A DNA stretch of 64,000 bases from Octopus sinensis. Lineage: Eukaryota. The stretch is taken from NCBI RefSeq assembly GCF_006345805.1, contig NC_043008.1, forward strand, positions 42,532,001 to 42,596,000. The letters run 5' to 3'. A program made the position numbers and the translations under genes. Positions 29,764-41,890 of the stretch are shown piece after piece. Position 1 is the stretch's first letter. Every line of letters starts with the position of its first letter. Under the pieces are notes generated by a model. That model had not been told where the DNA came from and did not search any database. It saw only the letters and a program-made list of their open reading frames with translations.

Positions 29764-29868
29764 GAAAGGCACGGGAAATGAAACTTGCATAATTGACATG
29801 CAAGAAAATATTGTCGAGATAACATACTTGCGAATAAAATTATTGTTCATTGTCTTAATGATGTTGGC

Positions 29869-29901
<33 letters not shown>

Positions 29902-29978
29902 ATAAACTTCCCTCAACTTTAGGGTTTTGTCTGTTGGAGGGTTTAAGAAAGGATTAATTACTCTAAACTGATACTTAC

Positions 29979-30023
29979 CTGGTCTAACCAGACGTTTGAT
30001 GTTAAAATTTGATTCTTTTCATC
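29979..30023 (-). CDS. nAChR alpha subunit, 45-nt exon (loop D)
   Basis: atttcag|GAT GAA AAG AAT CAA ATT TTA ACA TCA AAC GTC TGG TTA GAC CAG|gtaagt = DEKNQILTSNVWLDQ, the conserved 45-nt phase 0/0 nAChR exon. Confidence 0.96.
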
Positions 30024-30126
30024 CTGAAATTAAACAAGACGAAGGAAAATGTTAAGAATACAATTAAATGCAATTATTATAGACGAATAATTAGCACCTG
30101 TATATATTTACACACACATATAAGTA

Positions 30127-30168
<42 letters not shown>

Positions 30169-30317
30169 TATATATATAATATATCAGCCGAATTGCTAAG
30201 ATGATCTGGTTCTTGACTGATGACTGAGGGCTTCGTTTGTCCCGTCCTGTGGTTCTTGTGTCGTCTCTGTGGTGTTTCATGTTCTTGTCCATGTCTGTAA
30301 TTATATTTTACTGTTTA

Positions 30318-30363
<46 letters not shown>

Positions 30364-30402
30364 AACATACATACATATATATATATAATATTATATATAT
30401 AT

Positions 30403-30434
<32 letters not shown>

Positions 30435-30590
30435 CAAGTTTCTTTCATTCTCTCTCTCTGTGTTTCCTTTCTGTTGAAGAGCGTAGGCTCGAAACGTAAA
30501 AGACTTTTTCCCGAGCGTCAAACTAATACACCTGTTTGTTGTTCATACACCAGTCCTCGTCTTTTGTTTTTCCCTAAATTCCAACTACAT
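30435..30590 (+). mobile_element. Short (TA)n-embedded repeat with a hammerhead-like motif (second, more decayed copy at 22490-22620)
   Basis: ttt-CTGTTGA-a-gagc(gtag)gctc-GAAA-cg-TA-aaag at 30468-30502. gagcgtaggctcgaa and the downstream actaataca..cttcgtcttttgttt are shared with 22490-22620. Confidence 0.6.
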
Positions 30591-31290
30591 ATATATATAT
30601 ATATATATAAAATGGCGGTGCCCCAGCATGGCCACAGCTTGTTTGCTGAAACTAAATAAAATATATATATATATATATATATGCGTGTTTGTGTGTATGT
30701 CTGAGTAATCTTGTGTTTCCAAAGACGACCGCCCCAACAGTACTCATAAATGCATAGAGACTAAATATTTAACAATTCTGATACCTCTAATTCTTTCAAC
30801 TCAGACACCCGCGACCATCAATACCGTTGATTGCATAACAGAATCACCGAAACTCAGTCGTTGAAAAGTAAGCATATTATAAACTCTCAACTTATGGAAC
30901 GTACGAGTCCGTACGTGTTGCTCAAATTAGTATATAAAGTTTTCGGAGAATTTATACACATGTAGCAACAGAATCTTTCAAGTCTATGACAATCAAATCC
31001 GCCATTTACCCACCTCTTATTTCTCTGATAGGATATTAATGGCCATAATATTTAGTATGGAAGTAATGTTTAGAATCTAATTTGTATTAAACATATTAAA
31101 GTAATGCGAATTAATAAAATATTCATGGCATATAATCACTTCTGAAAGCGATTTATATTATTCTTTATATTTCATTACTTCGAAATAAAATCAACAATAA
31201 TACGCTTAAGAAGTTTTCAGAGCATCTGAAATTACCATCGATATATATGTGTGTGCGTGTGTCTCCTCATTCTTTGTATATATTATACGA

Positions 31291-31683
31291 GGCGCAATGG
31301 CCCAGTGGTTAGGGCAGCGGACTCGCGGTCATAGGATCGCGGTTTCGATTCCCAGACCGGGCGTCGTGAGTGTTTATTGAGCGAAAACACCTAAAGCTCC
31401 ACGAGGCTCCGGCAGGGGATGGTGGTGATCCCTGCTGTACTCTTTCACCACAACTTTCTCTCACTCTTACTTCCTATTTCTGTTGTACCTGCATTTCAAA
31501 GGGCCGGCCTTGTCACTCTCTGTGTCACGCTGAATATCCCCGAGAACTACGTTAAGGGTGCACGTGTCTGTGGAGTGCTCAGCCACTTACACGTTAATTT
31601 CACGAGCAGGCTGTTCCGTTGATTCGGATCAACCGGAACCCTCGTCGTTGTAACCGACGGAGTGCTTCCATCCATCCATCCAT
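31291..31683 (+). mobile_element. tRNA-derived SINE, family C, full length with (CCAT)n tail
   Basis: A-box tggcccagtgg, B-box-like gtttcgattcc, body about 96% identical to 46820-47153 by my count. Confidence 0.9.
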
Positions 31684-31999
31684 ATATTATCCTGATTTCC
31701 GCCCCCCTCCTACACAATCTCTATTCTACTCCATCATCCCATGACCACACTTTTATTTATTGTTTTCTTTCAGGCAAAAATCAAGGACCGGAGAACGCAC
31801 AATGTGACGTAACACACCTTTCATTCAAGTTTGATGACGTGACACTCTAATGTCTAAAACCGCAAATGTTACTTAAATTTTCACTTCCAATTTCTACGTA
31901 AACTGGCGTTGCAAGTTAGGGTTGGCACCGAAACAATTGTAACGATCATTAAAGGTGTGTTAAAGAATTCTCATTGTTCATGTCTTACCTGGATTGCAG

Positions 32000-32035
<36 letters not shown>

Positions 32036-32439
32036 CACACGCACAGGAGCACACACACACACACATATGTCAATACATACATATATATGTATGTAGACGG
32101 AAGTTGGTGTTATCTGATGATGGAATCTAGTTGCAATCATCATTATTTGGGACTACCTAAAACCTCCCAAAATCTCTCTTCGACCCCTTTAATTACTGGT
32201 ATCGTTGCTATTCCGTGTAAGTCAGAACTTTTTATACGTAAACATATGTATATTTTTTGTATTGAATATATTTAATATTTTTTGTATATCAACTTGCTTA
32301 ACTTGCTTGTCCTTACATTTACACGTGGTGGTGCCCCAGCATGGCCACAGCCTCAGGACGGAAACATATAAAAGAATAAAAGAATATGAGCCTGCGTGTG
32401 CGTGTCTATTAATATTAGTTTTTTATGCCTAGTTATAAT

Positions 32440-32640
32440 TGTTTCTAATTTTGGCTGAAATCCCGCAGTTTTAGTGGGAGGGACAAGTCGATAACACATC
32501 GACCGCTGAATATTTTGGTATTATAATTTATCGACCGCGAAAGAATTAAAGGTAAACCTGGTCTCAGTGATAACGTAAAGAACCGGTTACAATGCCGCTA
32601 AGCATTTTATCCGATACGATGACGTTTCTGCCATCTCAAT
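32440..32640 (-). mobile_element. SINE family B, degenerate
   Basis: caagtcgataacacatcgacc..tttatcgaccgcgaaag..aacgtaaag..gccgctaagcattt. Confidence 0.6.
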
Positions 32641-33539
32641 TCCTTGTTGTCAAGTTATAAGAAACATTTTTACGTTAAACTAAAGGATTACCCAATACTT
32701 GAACTAGAGTACGTCTATAAAATGTCTATAAGAAATGTAACAGTGACATCGGAGTTGCTGCCTGGAAAACCTTGTCGTCTGTATGTCTATGCATATATAT
32801 GTGTACGTAACATCATATATGTACAAACGTGCAAATATCCTTCATATAAATGTAATATTCAAATCGAAAAGAAACTCCATTACCGTTCATTTAACACGCT
32901 ACATTACTCTGAGTTTCTTTGACATCATCAACCGATGATATCAACAAATCATATTTTTCATCACTCTAGATACACGTATCACAGTTCTAAAGTGAAATTA
33001 TTTTAAAATTCACTTCAACCTGCAGGAAAATATATGTTAAATAAATATACGGAAAAATATAAAAAGAAAAAAAAATATTTTAAAAATCACACCCAGGACA
33101 AATTGAGGTAGAGAAAAAAACCATTATAAGTATTTAAGTACAGGAAATGAAACATCTATTTGAGAGCAGCCTAAGGCAAGAATCTCTACTCATAATTTCT
33201 TCTTGAACCTTTTGTGTAAGAAGATACCTCTTAGAAAGAAATCTATTTAGAAAACTAAAGTCGATATCAACGAAATAAGCACGAAATGCACATTTTTCAA
33301 ATCATTTCAATTCAATAGAATTCTTAGAGAGGGAAACAGAAGAATTCCGTGACACAGAAAGTGTTCGATATATGAAGGTAAACCATATGAAGGATTTAAT
33401 TTTTATAGTGTGTCCCTATATGCATGTATGTTTGTGTGTTCCTGTGTGTGTGTGAGAATATGTGTGCGAGTAATATGTTTGCATGTATATATAAATCACA
33501 TATACATATATATACAGCGTACACATATATACAAGTATA

Positions 33540-33593
<54 letters not shown>

Positions 33594-33917
33594 CGTATAT
33601 GTATACAGTGTTACACACACACACATATATATAAGGTACAATAATAATAATAATAATAATAATAATCGTAATAATAATAATAATAATAACAATAAAGCTT
33701 AGAGCAAATCGTTTTTGTATTATATATTCTTTGTATTATCTCGTTATACTTGTTTTGTAATTTATATACATATGCAAAGAAATGTAACCTGCGTGTGTAA
33801 TTGCAAATAATAGTTTTAATTCGCTTCTGTGCTATCTAAATATATTCTGTGCCATACAACAATACTTTTGGAATTTTAGAAGAATGATATAGGAATTCTA
33901 TAGTTTTTAATAAACTT

Positions 33918-33976
<59 letters not shown>

Positions 33977-34556
33977 ATAGAAATATTAAAATTACTAAGT
34001 ATCTCTAAAAGAGAACAGCGGCAGCGTTCCCGGAAAATAATAGTTATTCTTATTTTTATAAGAATGCCATATTAGTATGGCGATAACTATTATTATATAT
34101 ATATATATATGTATATTCAGAATGAAATAACAATAAGGAAATACGTGACATTATAGAATTACAATATAACTTTAAATCAAACAAACAAATAATATTATAT
34201 TATGTAGGAATTAAAGGTGTATAAACAAATTTACAAAATATTGGATGAAGAAAATTCATTAGTGAAACGTGAAATACGCTGAAGACTACTGTTACTACTA
34301 CTGCTGCTGCTGCTGCTGCTGTTGCAAATGATGATGAAGAGGAGGAGCAGGAGGAAGAGGAGGAGGGGTAGGAGAGGAGGAGGAGAAGGAGGAAAAGGAG
34401 GAGGACGCGGATACTATTCAGTATAACAAGTTCGTTGTGGAATGATATTTTATGTGCGTGTATATACATACACACACACACATATATATATATTTATATG
34501 CATAATAATTTATGCATAAACATATAAATGTATAGGTGCGTAGACAAACATACAAT

Positions 34557-34645
<89 letters not shown>

Positions 34646-34851
34646 TGATTGATTGATTGATTGGTTAATTGATTGATTGATTCACTGATTGAGTATAGCC
34701 TTAGGTTTCCGTTGGAAGTCCTTCAGTAGAAGAAAGAGATAATCATACGAAGCGGATAGAGGAAATGATAAAGGATTGAGTGATTGCAGTTTAGGGAATC
34801 AGAACAAAATGTCGTTGGTCGAGTTTTATTATGAAAAGGGAAACCGGTATG

Positions 34852-34922
<71 letters not shown>

Positions 34923-34923
34923 T

Positions 34924-35003
<80 letters not shown>

Positions 35004-35580
35004 GTTTATATATATATATATATGTGGTGTGTGTGTGTGTTGTGTGTGTGTGTGTGTGTGTGTGTTTTGTGGAATTCCTTAGCTAGATTCACCAGATATG
35101 TCTCCGCAAAGTCTCCGCAAAGTCTCCGCCTAATTTCGTAAAACAACGAGATTATATCGAACAGCGTTGCACTTCATTCACGAATAAATTTCTCACTATT
35201 TTAGAGGACACATTTCATAACAGATCTGCTTGGCCATTTCCGATCAGGTTTCATTAACAATAACAGCAACAACAACAGTCGTACCAAAGCCTGTTTCCCG
35301 AGTAGCCACAAGCAGAAGGCAAATTTTTATGATATCACACACTTAAAACAGGAAGTGTGCAATATGGATATAGTTCTAGATGTTCAATATATGCACAAAA
35401 TATATTTGGCGGTCATTGATTGAATGTCTCTGATTATAATTTTAGTTTAAGAGTTTTAAGCAACTTGCCACTAAAGTAGCATTGAAAGATTCGATCTGGA
35501 AACCAGGTGTTTGCAGAGTCATTTTATAGAACCACGCAGTCATATGTGTATCTAGTAAGCAATATTGGTGATTTAGATAA

Positions 35581-36165
35581 AGCTGCGACCTGGTAGAATC
35601 GTTAGCACGCCGGGTGAGATGCTTAGCAGTATTTCGTCTGCACTACGTTCTGAGTTCAAATTCCGCCGTGGTCGACTTTGCCTTTCATCCTTTCGGGGTC
35701 GATTAAAATAAGTACCAGTTACGCACTAGGGTCGAATTAATCGACTTAATCCCTTTATCTGTCCTTGTTTGTCCCCTCTGTGTTTAGCCCTTTGTGGGTA
35801 GTAAAGAAATAAGTATTTCGTCTGCGCTACGTTCTGAGTTCAAATTCCCCCGTGGTCGACTTTGCCTTTCATCCTTTCGGGCTCGATAAATTAAGTACCA
35901 GTCGCGCACTGGGGTCGATGTAATCGACTTAATCTCTTTGTCTGTCCTCGTTTGTCCCCTCTATGTTTATCCCCTTGTGGTCAATAAAGAAATAGGTATT
36001 TCGTCTGTCTTTACGTTCTGAGTTCAAATTTCGCCGAAATCCACTTTGCCTTTCATACTTTCGGGGTCGAAAAATTCAGTACAAGTTGCGTACTGGGGTC
36101 GATCTAATCGACTGGCTCCCTCCCCCAGAACGTTGGGCCTTGTGCCTACAGCAGAAAAGAATGTT
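35581..36165 (+). mobile_element. SINE family B, head-to-tail trimer (period 183-184 nt)
   Basis: tatttcgtctg..gttctgagttcaaatt..gactttgcctttcat..tttcgggg recurs at 35630, 35814 and 35997. B-box-like gagttcaaattcc in each unit. Confidence 0.92.
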
Positions 36166-37502
36166 GGTGATTTAAATGAAAATCTACATTATTTCAATTT
36201 TGATGTTACTATTTAAGGAAGTCTAACAACCACGTGATACAGAGAGGATAACAGGCGTAGGAGTTTTCGAGAAGTGACTATAAACTACTATGAAAGGATT
36301 TAGGAGACGATACTTTAGATTATTAAAGTAAGAGATTAATCTAAACCGGAGCCTAAGGCCATATTTGTTTTAATATTTATGAGAAGGATCTAGAAGCTAG
36401 ATAGATATTTACTGGTTATTCTGGATAGTAAATGGAAAGAAAGTATTATTTATATAAGCAAGATGTGATGCCAATAGCATTTATAGCGTGGGTACAAAAT
36501 GCACGCAGAGCGAGGGAAACAGTGGAGCAATAACGTAATGTGGAGGTGCTGGCTCTTAAAAGGGTTAGCAGTGAATGAAAGTTAAATTTATAGCTTATAC
36601 GAATCTAATGAATTCAGGAGAAGGTATTATGAAAGAAATAGATTGTAAACCAACGAAAATATATGCAATGATACTTGGAAAGAAGATAAATATAACTGTA
36701 GCACAAATGAAAATCGATCGAAGTGGCTGAGACTGATATAGTGTTGCGTGCATCACATTGAATGGTTCTTCAATCAAACAACTTCAGATTGTGCATATAT
36801 GAAGTCACAACACCAATATTATATAATATAACTCTGCTTAAAAATACAAATATTAAAATTATTGGGAAAATGGTGAAAGAATTATTTAAATAACTGCAAC
36901 TGCATTATTGCTACACTTCACTCATATATATTACACAGAATAGAAAAACCTCCGTTAACTGGAATTAGCTATGATGCAATTACGAGCAATGTTCTCTCTG
37001 TATGGGCGTATTTAAAGTCTAAATAAAATAAAATCGAATAAAATTAATTGAAACTGTGGTAAAATAAAGAAAACACGGTATATACATGGACCGAATATTT
37101 CACTCTTAAACGGTGGCCATGGCCATCATCAAAGGAAAGGGAATATTCTACGGAACTCTTCCACAATGGTATTGTAAATTTTATTGTGCGAAAGACTAGC
37201 AATTATTTTAATGTTTGTATTTACTTAAAAGGAATAGGGATAAGAAAATTACCATGTCTCGGTTTTAATATACCTCTTCAGAGTAGTGTATTGATCTTGG
37301 TATGGATGAGCTTAATCAATACACATGGCCTCATGAATTAGGACTGAGTTTTAGAGATAATTAAACGCTGAGAAACATACACACATACATAGAGCCACAC
37401 ATACACACACACATACACACGTACACACACATACACACGCACACACACAAATATTATTTAATGATTAACATTGCTTTAATAATTACAGTTCTATATGCCC
37501 AC

Positions 37503-37576
37503 AGTACATGGCGTAGTGCTTAAGAGCGTGGGCTACTAACCCCAAGATTCCGAGTTCGATTCCGGGCAGTGACCTG

Positions 37577-37610
<34 letters not shown>

Positions 37611-37767
37611 TCATCGAAAGATATCTTAGGAATGAGAACCCAGGTTCGAAATTTCCCTAAGACACCTGATGAAGGCCGGAAGGTATATCAGCCGAAATGT
37701 TGTGTTAACAACAAACAAGATGAGGACAACTATCCGTCAAATGTAAATAATGTAAATAATGTACAAA
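37503..37767 (+). mobile_element. SINE-like element, family D: tRNA-like head, (AAT)n spacer and hammerhead-containing 3' module
   Basis: A-box tggcgtagtgc (37509), B-box gagttcgattcc (37552), (AAT)n at 37577-37610, CTGATGA..GAAA core at 37666-37697, tail atgtaaataatgtaaataatgtaca. Confidence 0.7.
37661..37706 (+). ncRNA. Putative minimal type I hammerhead ribozyme
   Basis: gacac-CTGATGA-a-ggccg(gaaggtatat)cagcc-GAAA-tg-t-t-gtgtt: stem I gacac/gtgtt, stem II ggccg/cagcc with one mismatch, loopless stem III, cleavage triplet GUU. Confidence 0.6.
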
Positions 37768-38519
37768 ATATACTTTAATGGTTGTCTCCTGTAATTGACA
37801 TATATTTCTTTCGTAAGGTATGATTATTTCTTGTGAGCTTCTTGCATGAAATATACCGTTATATGCCGAGCTTATGTAATTATCAGAAATTATGTAAAAT
37901 TACCGAGAGAAAGAACAGGATATATAACTTTGGTAAAGAGAAATAGAAAACGGGACTCAGCTGCAATAAAAGGAAATGTAGATTATATGTGCTTGGAATG
38001 TGAGTTAGGAATTCTATGGAATGGATAAGAGGAAGGGAGAGAGAAAAAGATACAGAGGGGAGAGAGTATTGGTGAAAACCATGGTAATATATGTGAACAT
38101 AAAACACTATTCGTGTTCGCAAATCTAGATTTATGGCGAGCATGAGAGCGAGTTTGTGAGATCAAACATTGCTTTAGTGATCAAGATGAAATATCTAAAC
38201 TCCAATGTTGTTTCAGCCACCGAGTATTCTGGAATTGGTACCAAACAATAAAATATTCTGATCTCGATCAAAGTACTTCGTCAAGAAAATAAATGATAAT
38301 GTTAATATTTGTTTCTTAGATGTAAGGACTAAAACAATGTCCTCATTTTCCCACCGCATGGGCTTTCGAAATCCGCACCTAAAGCGTTGTGAATAAACGG
38401 GGTCAAACATTTTAGACGGAGTTCTCATAATTCTGCCAATTTATCCTTATTTTGTGGTTTACTTTACAGATAAATTACCGTCTTGATGGATGCTCCACCA
38501 ATTCTCTCAAATGACCATT

Positions 38520-39015
38520 CTTAATAATTTCGTTACAAGGCTAGCAGTTTTAAGGAAAAAGCACAAGTCGATTACGTGGACACAAGCGAATATTTTAATT
38601 GTGTTTTATTTCATCACCCTCAAAAGGATGAAAATCAAAATTGACCTTTGCTTTTTCAGGATTTGAATTCAGAATTTAAGCAACCGGAAATAGTATCACT
38701 CGGCGATTCTGCCTCTTAACCGCTTTACCTTCTCAATTATATTATTTATGTTGGTTTCAGATATTGACACAAGACCAACTTTGAGCAAATGGCTAAGTAT
38801 TTTGTTGGATTCAGATTTTGACACAAGACCAGCAACTTTGAGGGAATGGCTAAGTCGATTGTATCGATCCTAGTGACCAGCTGGTACTTATTTCATCGAC
38901 CTCGGGATTATGAACGGGAAATTGACCTCAGCGGAATTTGAACACAAGAACTAAAAATGGGTGAAATACCGCTAAGAAATCTGCCCTGCATGCTAACAAC
39001 ACTACCAGTTCTTCG
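38520..39015 (-). mobile_element. Cluster of SINE family B copies and fragments
   Basis: aaaaggatgaaaatcaaaattgacc..gatttgaattcagaa (38620-38680) and ctaagtcgattgtatcgatcc..gacctcagcggaatttgaacac (38850-38945); short duplicated gacacaagacc..ggctaagt at 38766 and 38820. Confidence 0.7.
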
Positions 39016-39389
39016 TCCTAAATACAATTAATCATGTTACTTTCAAGAACTATATGACACTAGTTTAGATTTACATATTAAAAGTAACGTTCAATTATGA
39101 TTATAATCACAAGAATTACAAAATGCAATGGCTTTGTGCCGAGCAGGATATTAAGAAGTGTAAAACAGAGATAATGTTAGTAAAAATGCATTAGTGTTAT
39201 TTGTACTACAACGAATACTGGGATGAAGCTTCGGTTTAATATTTAATAAGCTTGGAATGTAATGTAAGATGTTCTAATGGAGAAAGGAAATAACATAACA
39301 AGGAAACAATAATAGCAACGACATTAAAAATAACAGTTACAATAAAATTAAAACAAAGACGAACCAATGTAATGACAGAGGTTGGTAAC

Positions 39390-39392
<3 letters not shown>

Positions 39393-39483
<91 letters not shown>

Positions 39484-39659
39484 TAATATAATGATAATAA
39501 TAATGATAATAATAATAATAATAATAATAATCATAATAATAATAATAATAATAATAATATAATAATAATAATAATTATGATAATAATAATAATTATGATG
39601 ACGGTGGTGATGATGATGATGATGATGATGGTAAGAAGTAGAAGGAAAAGAAGAAGAAG

Positions 39660-39691
<32 letters not shown>

Positions 39692-40010
39692 GAAGAAGAA
39701 GTAGAAGAAGAAGAAGAGAAGAAGAAGAAGAAGAAGAAGAAGAAGAAGAAGAAGAAAAAGAACAACAACAACAATATTTCGAGTAACAACAGCGGCAGCA
39801 ACAGTAACAACAACAACAACAATTATAATGATGATGACGATGATGGTGATGATGCTGAGGAGGAGGAGGAGGAGGAGGAGGAGGATAATGACGACGGTGA
39901 TAATAACGGTAACAATAAAAACAGCAATAAAAAGATAAAGAGGAGCAACAACAACAACAAGAAAAGTATGGAAGGTGATTGCCATTGCTGTTGTCGATGA
40001 TAATTGAAGA
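39393..40010. repeat. Compound trinucleotide microsatellite (ATT, AAT, GAT, AGA, ACA, GGA blocks)
   Basis: Seen directly; explains the poly-I/L/R/S ORFs at 39430-40175. Confidence 0.97.
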
Positions 40011-40349
40011 GAAGAGAGCGAGAAGCAGGGGTGGAGGGGCCGTGAGGGGTGGCGGTGGGAGTTGATTGGAAAGCTGCAATGGCGGCGAAGCAGTAAAAAT
40101 GGAGAAAGAGGAAAGTGAAAAGGTTTTCCAGAAAGGCGAAGTAAAAGCCAACAACAGGATATTTTTGGTTAGCACTAATGTAGAAAGATAGAACTACTAA
40201 TAAGAAATGAATGCTTTGCTGGTGGAATGGTTTGGTGCGGGGTTTTGTTTGGTGTAGAATTTTGTTATTTTTGTTGATGAATTTCTTTCTTGAAATTATG
40301 TAATTCTAATTGCAATAGTGTCTAATGGAAGCTGGGAATGGGAATGAAA

Positions 40350-40422
<73 letters not shown>

Positions 40423-40446
40423 CTGTATGTGAATATATGTGTGCTC

Positions 40447-40488
<42 letters not shown>

Positions 40489-40888
40489 TTTGTACGTATG
40501 TGTGTGTGTGGTTGTAAGTATGAATGTATGTCTCGCACATGATGTGAGAGTGTGTGAAAGAGAGAGAAAGACAGAGAGGAAGAGAGAGAGAGAGAGAGAG
40601 AGAGAGGCAGAGAGGCAGAGAGGCAAAGAGAGAGAGAGCGTTTGTATGTATGTGTGTGTATGGGTGTGAGTATAAATGTATGTTTGGAACATGATGTGAG
40701 AGTGTGTGTCAGAGAGAGACAGACAGACAGACAGACAGCGCGTTAGTATGTATGTGGGGCCGTGTGTATGGATGTATGTTTGTCAGTTAATATGTTTGTA
40801 GGTGTGTGTCTGTGTGTGTCTATGTCTGTTTGTGTGTAAGCGAGAGAGAGAGAGGCAGAGAGAGAGAGCGTTTGTATGTGTGAGAGAG

Positions 40889-40920
<32 letters not shown>

Positions 40921-41342
40921 CGACAGAGAAGAGAGCGTTCGTATGTGTGTGCGGATGCATATTCGTCATTTGAGATGTATGTATGATTGTATGCGGTTCA
41001 ATGTATGTATGCGTGTTTCTGTCCGTTTGTTTTTTTAATATGTGTATGAATGCAGGTATTTAGGTGTAAATGTGTGTATGTGTGACAGCGTTTGTGTGTG
41101 TGTTGGTGTATATAAGTGTATGTCTGTTGTGTGTGCCGGGGTATATATTATGTGAGAGTGTAAATGTATTTGGGTGTATGACAGAGTTTCTGTTTGTTTC
41201 TATGTACAGTAATCTCTCGCCATATCGCGATTCACTTATCGCGGTTTATTACTTAAGCTTACGCCAAATCCTCCGTGGTGGTCTTTTGCATTTATAATAA
41301 AATAAAATATATACAAATTATAAAAATTTAAAGAAAACTTAT

Positions 41343-41495
41343 AGTGGAGTGCTTGTGTGGTAAGTAGCTTGCTTCCCAACAACCTGCTACTGTGTTCAGT
41401 ACTACTGCGTGTCACCTTAGGCAAGTGTCTTCTACTATAGCCTCAGGCTGACCGGAAACTGAAAGAAGCGCGTCGTATACACACACACACACACG

Positions 41496-41535
<40 letters not shown>

Positions 41536-41890
41536 GGAGTAAACACATAAATGTGAAACAAGGTGGAAAAAAGAGTACTCAAATACCAGGGGTAGAATAA
41601 TATACTTTATTATTTAAGAAAAACTGTCCGGCGAACGGGAACGTGAAACTCCGAGTAACAGGTTTTGTTGAATTTCTGTGGCTTTTAAATAAAGTATATA
41701 TATTTATATATATATATATACGATGCTAGTGTGGTTATTTCCCAGTACTTTAGTGGTTCAGCAAAAACGGAACCGATAGAATAAGTACTAGCTTACCAAG
41801 AATAAGTGATGAGGTCGATCTGTTCGACTAAAGGTGGTGCTCCAGCATGGCTAAAGTGAAATTACTGAAACATGTGAAATAATAAAAGAA
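41343..41890 (+). mobile_element. SINE family A split by a nested insertion in its central (TA)n
   Basis: 5' half at 41343-41480 (ggtaagtagcttgc..ggaaactgaaagaag) and 3' half at 41712-41890 (gaaccgatagaataagtac..gctccagcatgg). Confidence 0.8.
41620..41666 (+). ncRNA. Degenerate type I hammerhead-like fold inside a short repeat (41534-41700)
   Basis: aaaactgt-CCGGCGA-acg(ggaa)cgt-GAAA-ctc(c)gag-T-A-acaggttt: all three stems and the GAAA/UH positions are in register, but the core deviates at U4 and A6. Confidence 0.45.

Noticed and set aside
31291-31365. tRNA genes at SINE heads (also 11289 and 37503)
   Set aside because: They have A and B boxes but no complete cloverleaf, and each continues into a repeated SINE body.
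28657-36165. Tandem arrays (28657-29660, 35581-36165) as CRISPR-like repeats
   Set aside because: The units are long retroelement bodies in a eukaryotic intron, with no unique spacers and no cas genes.
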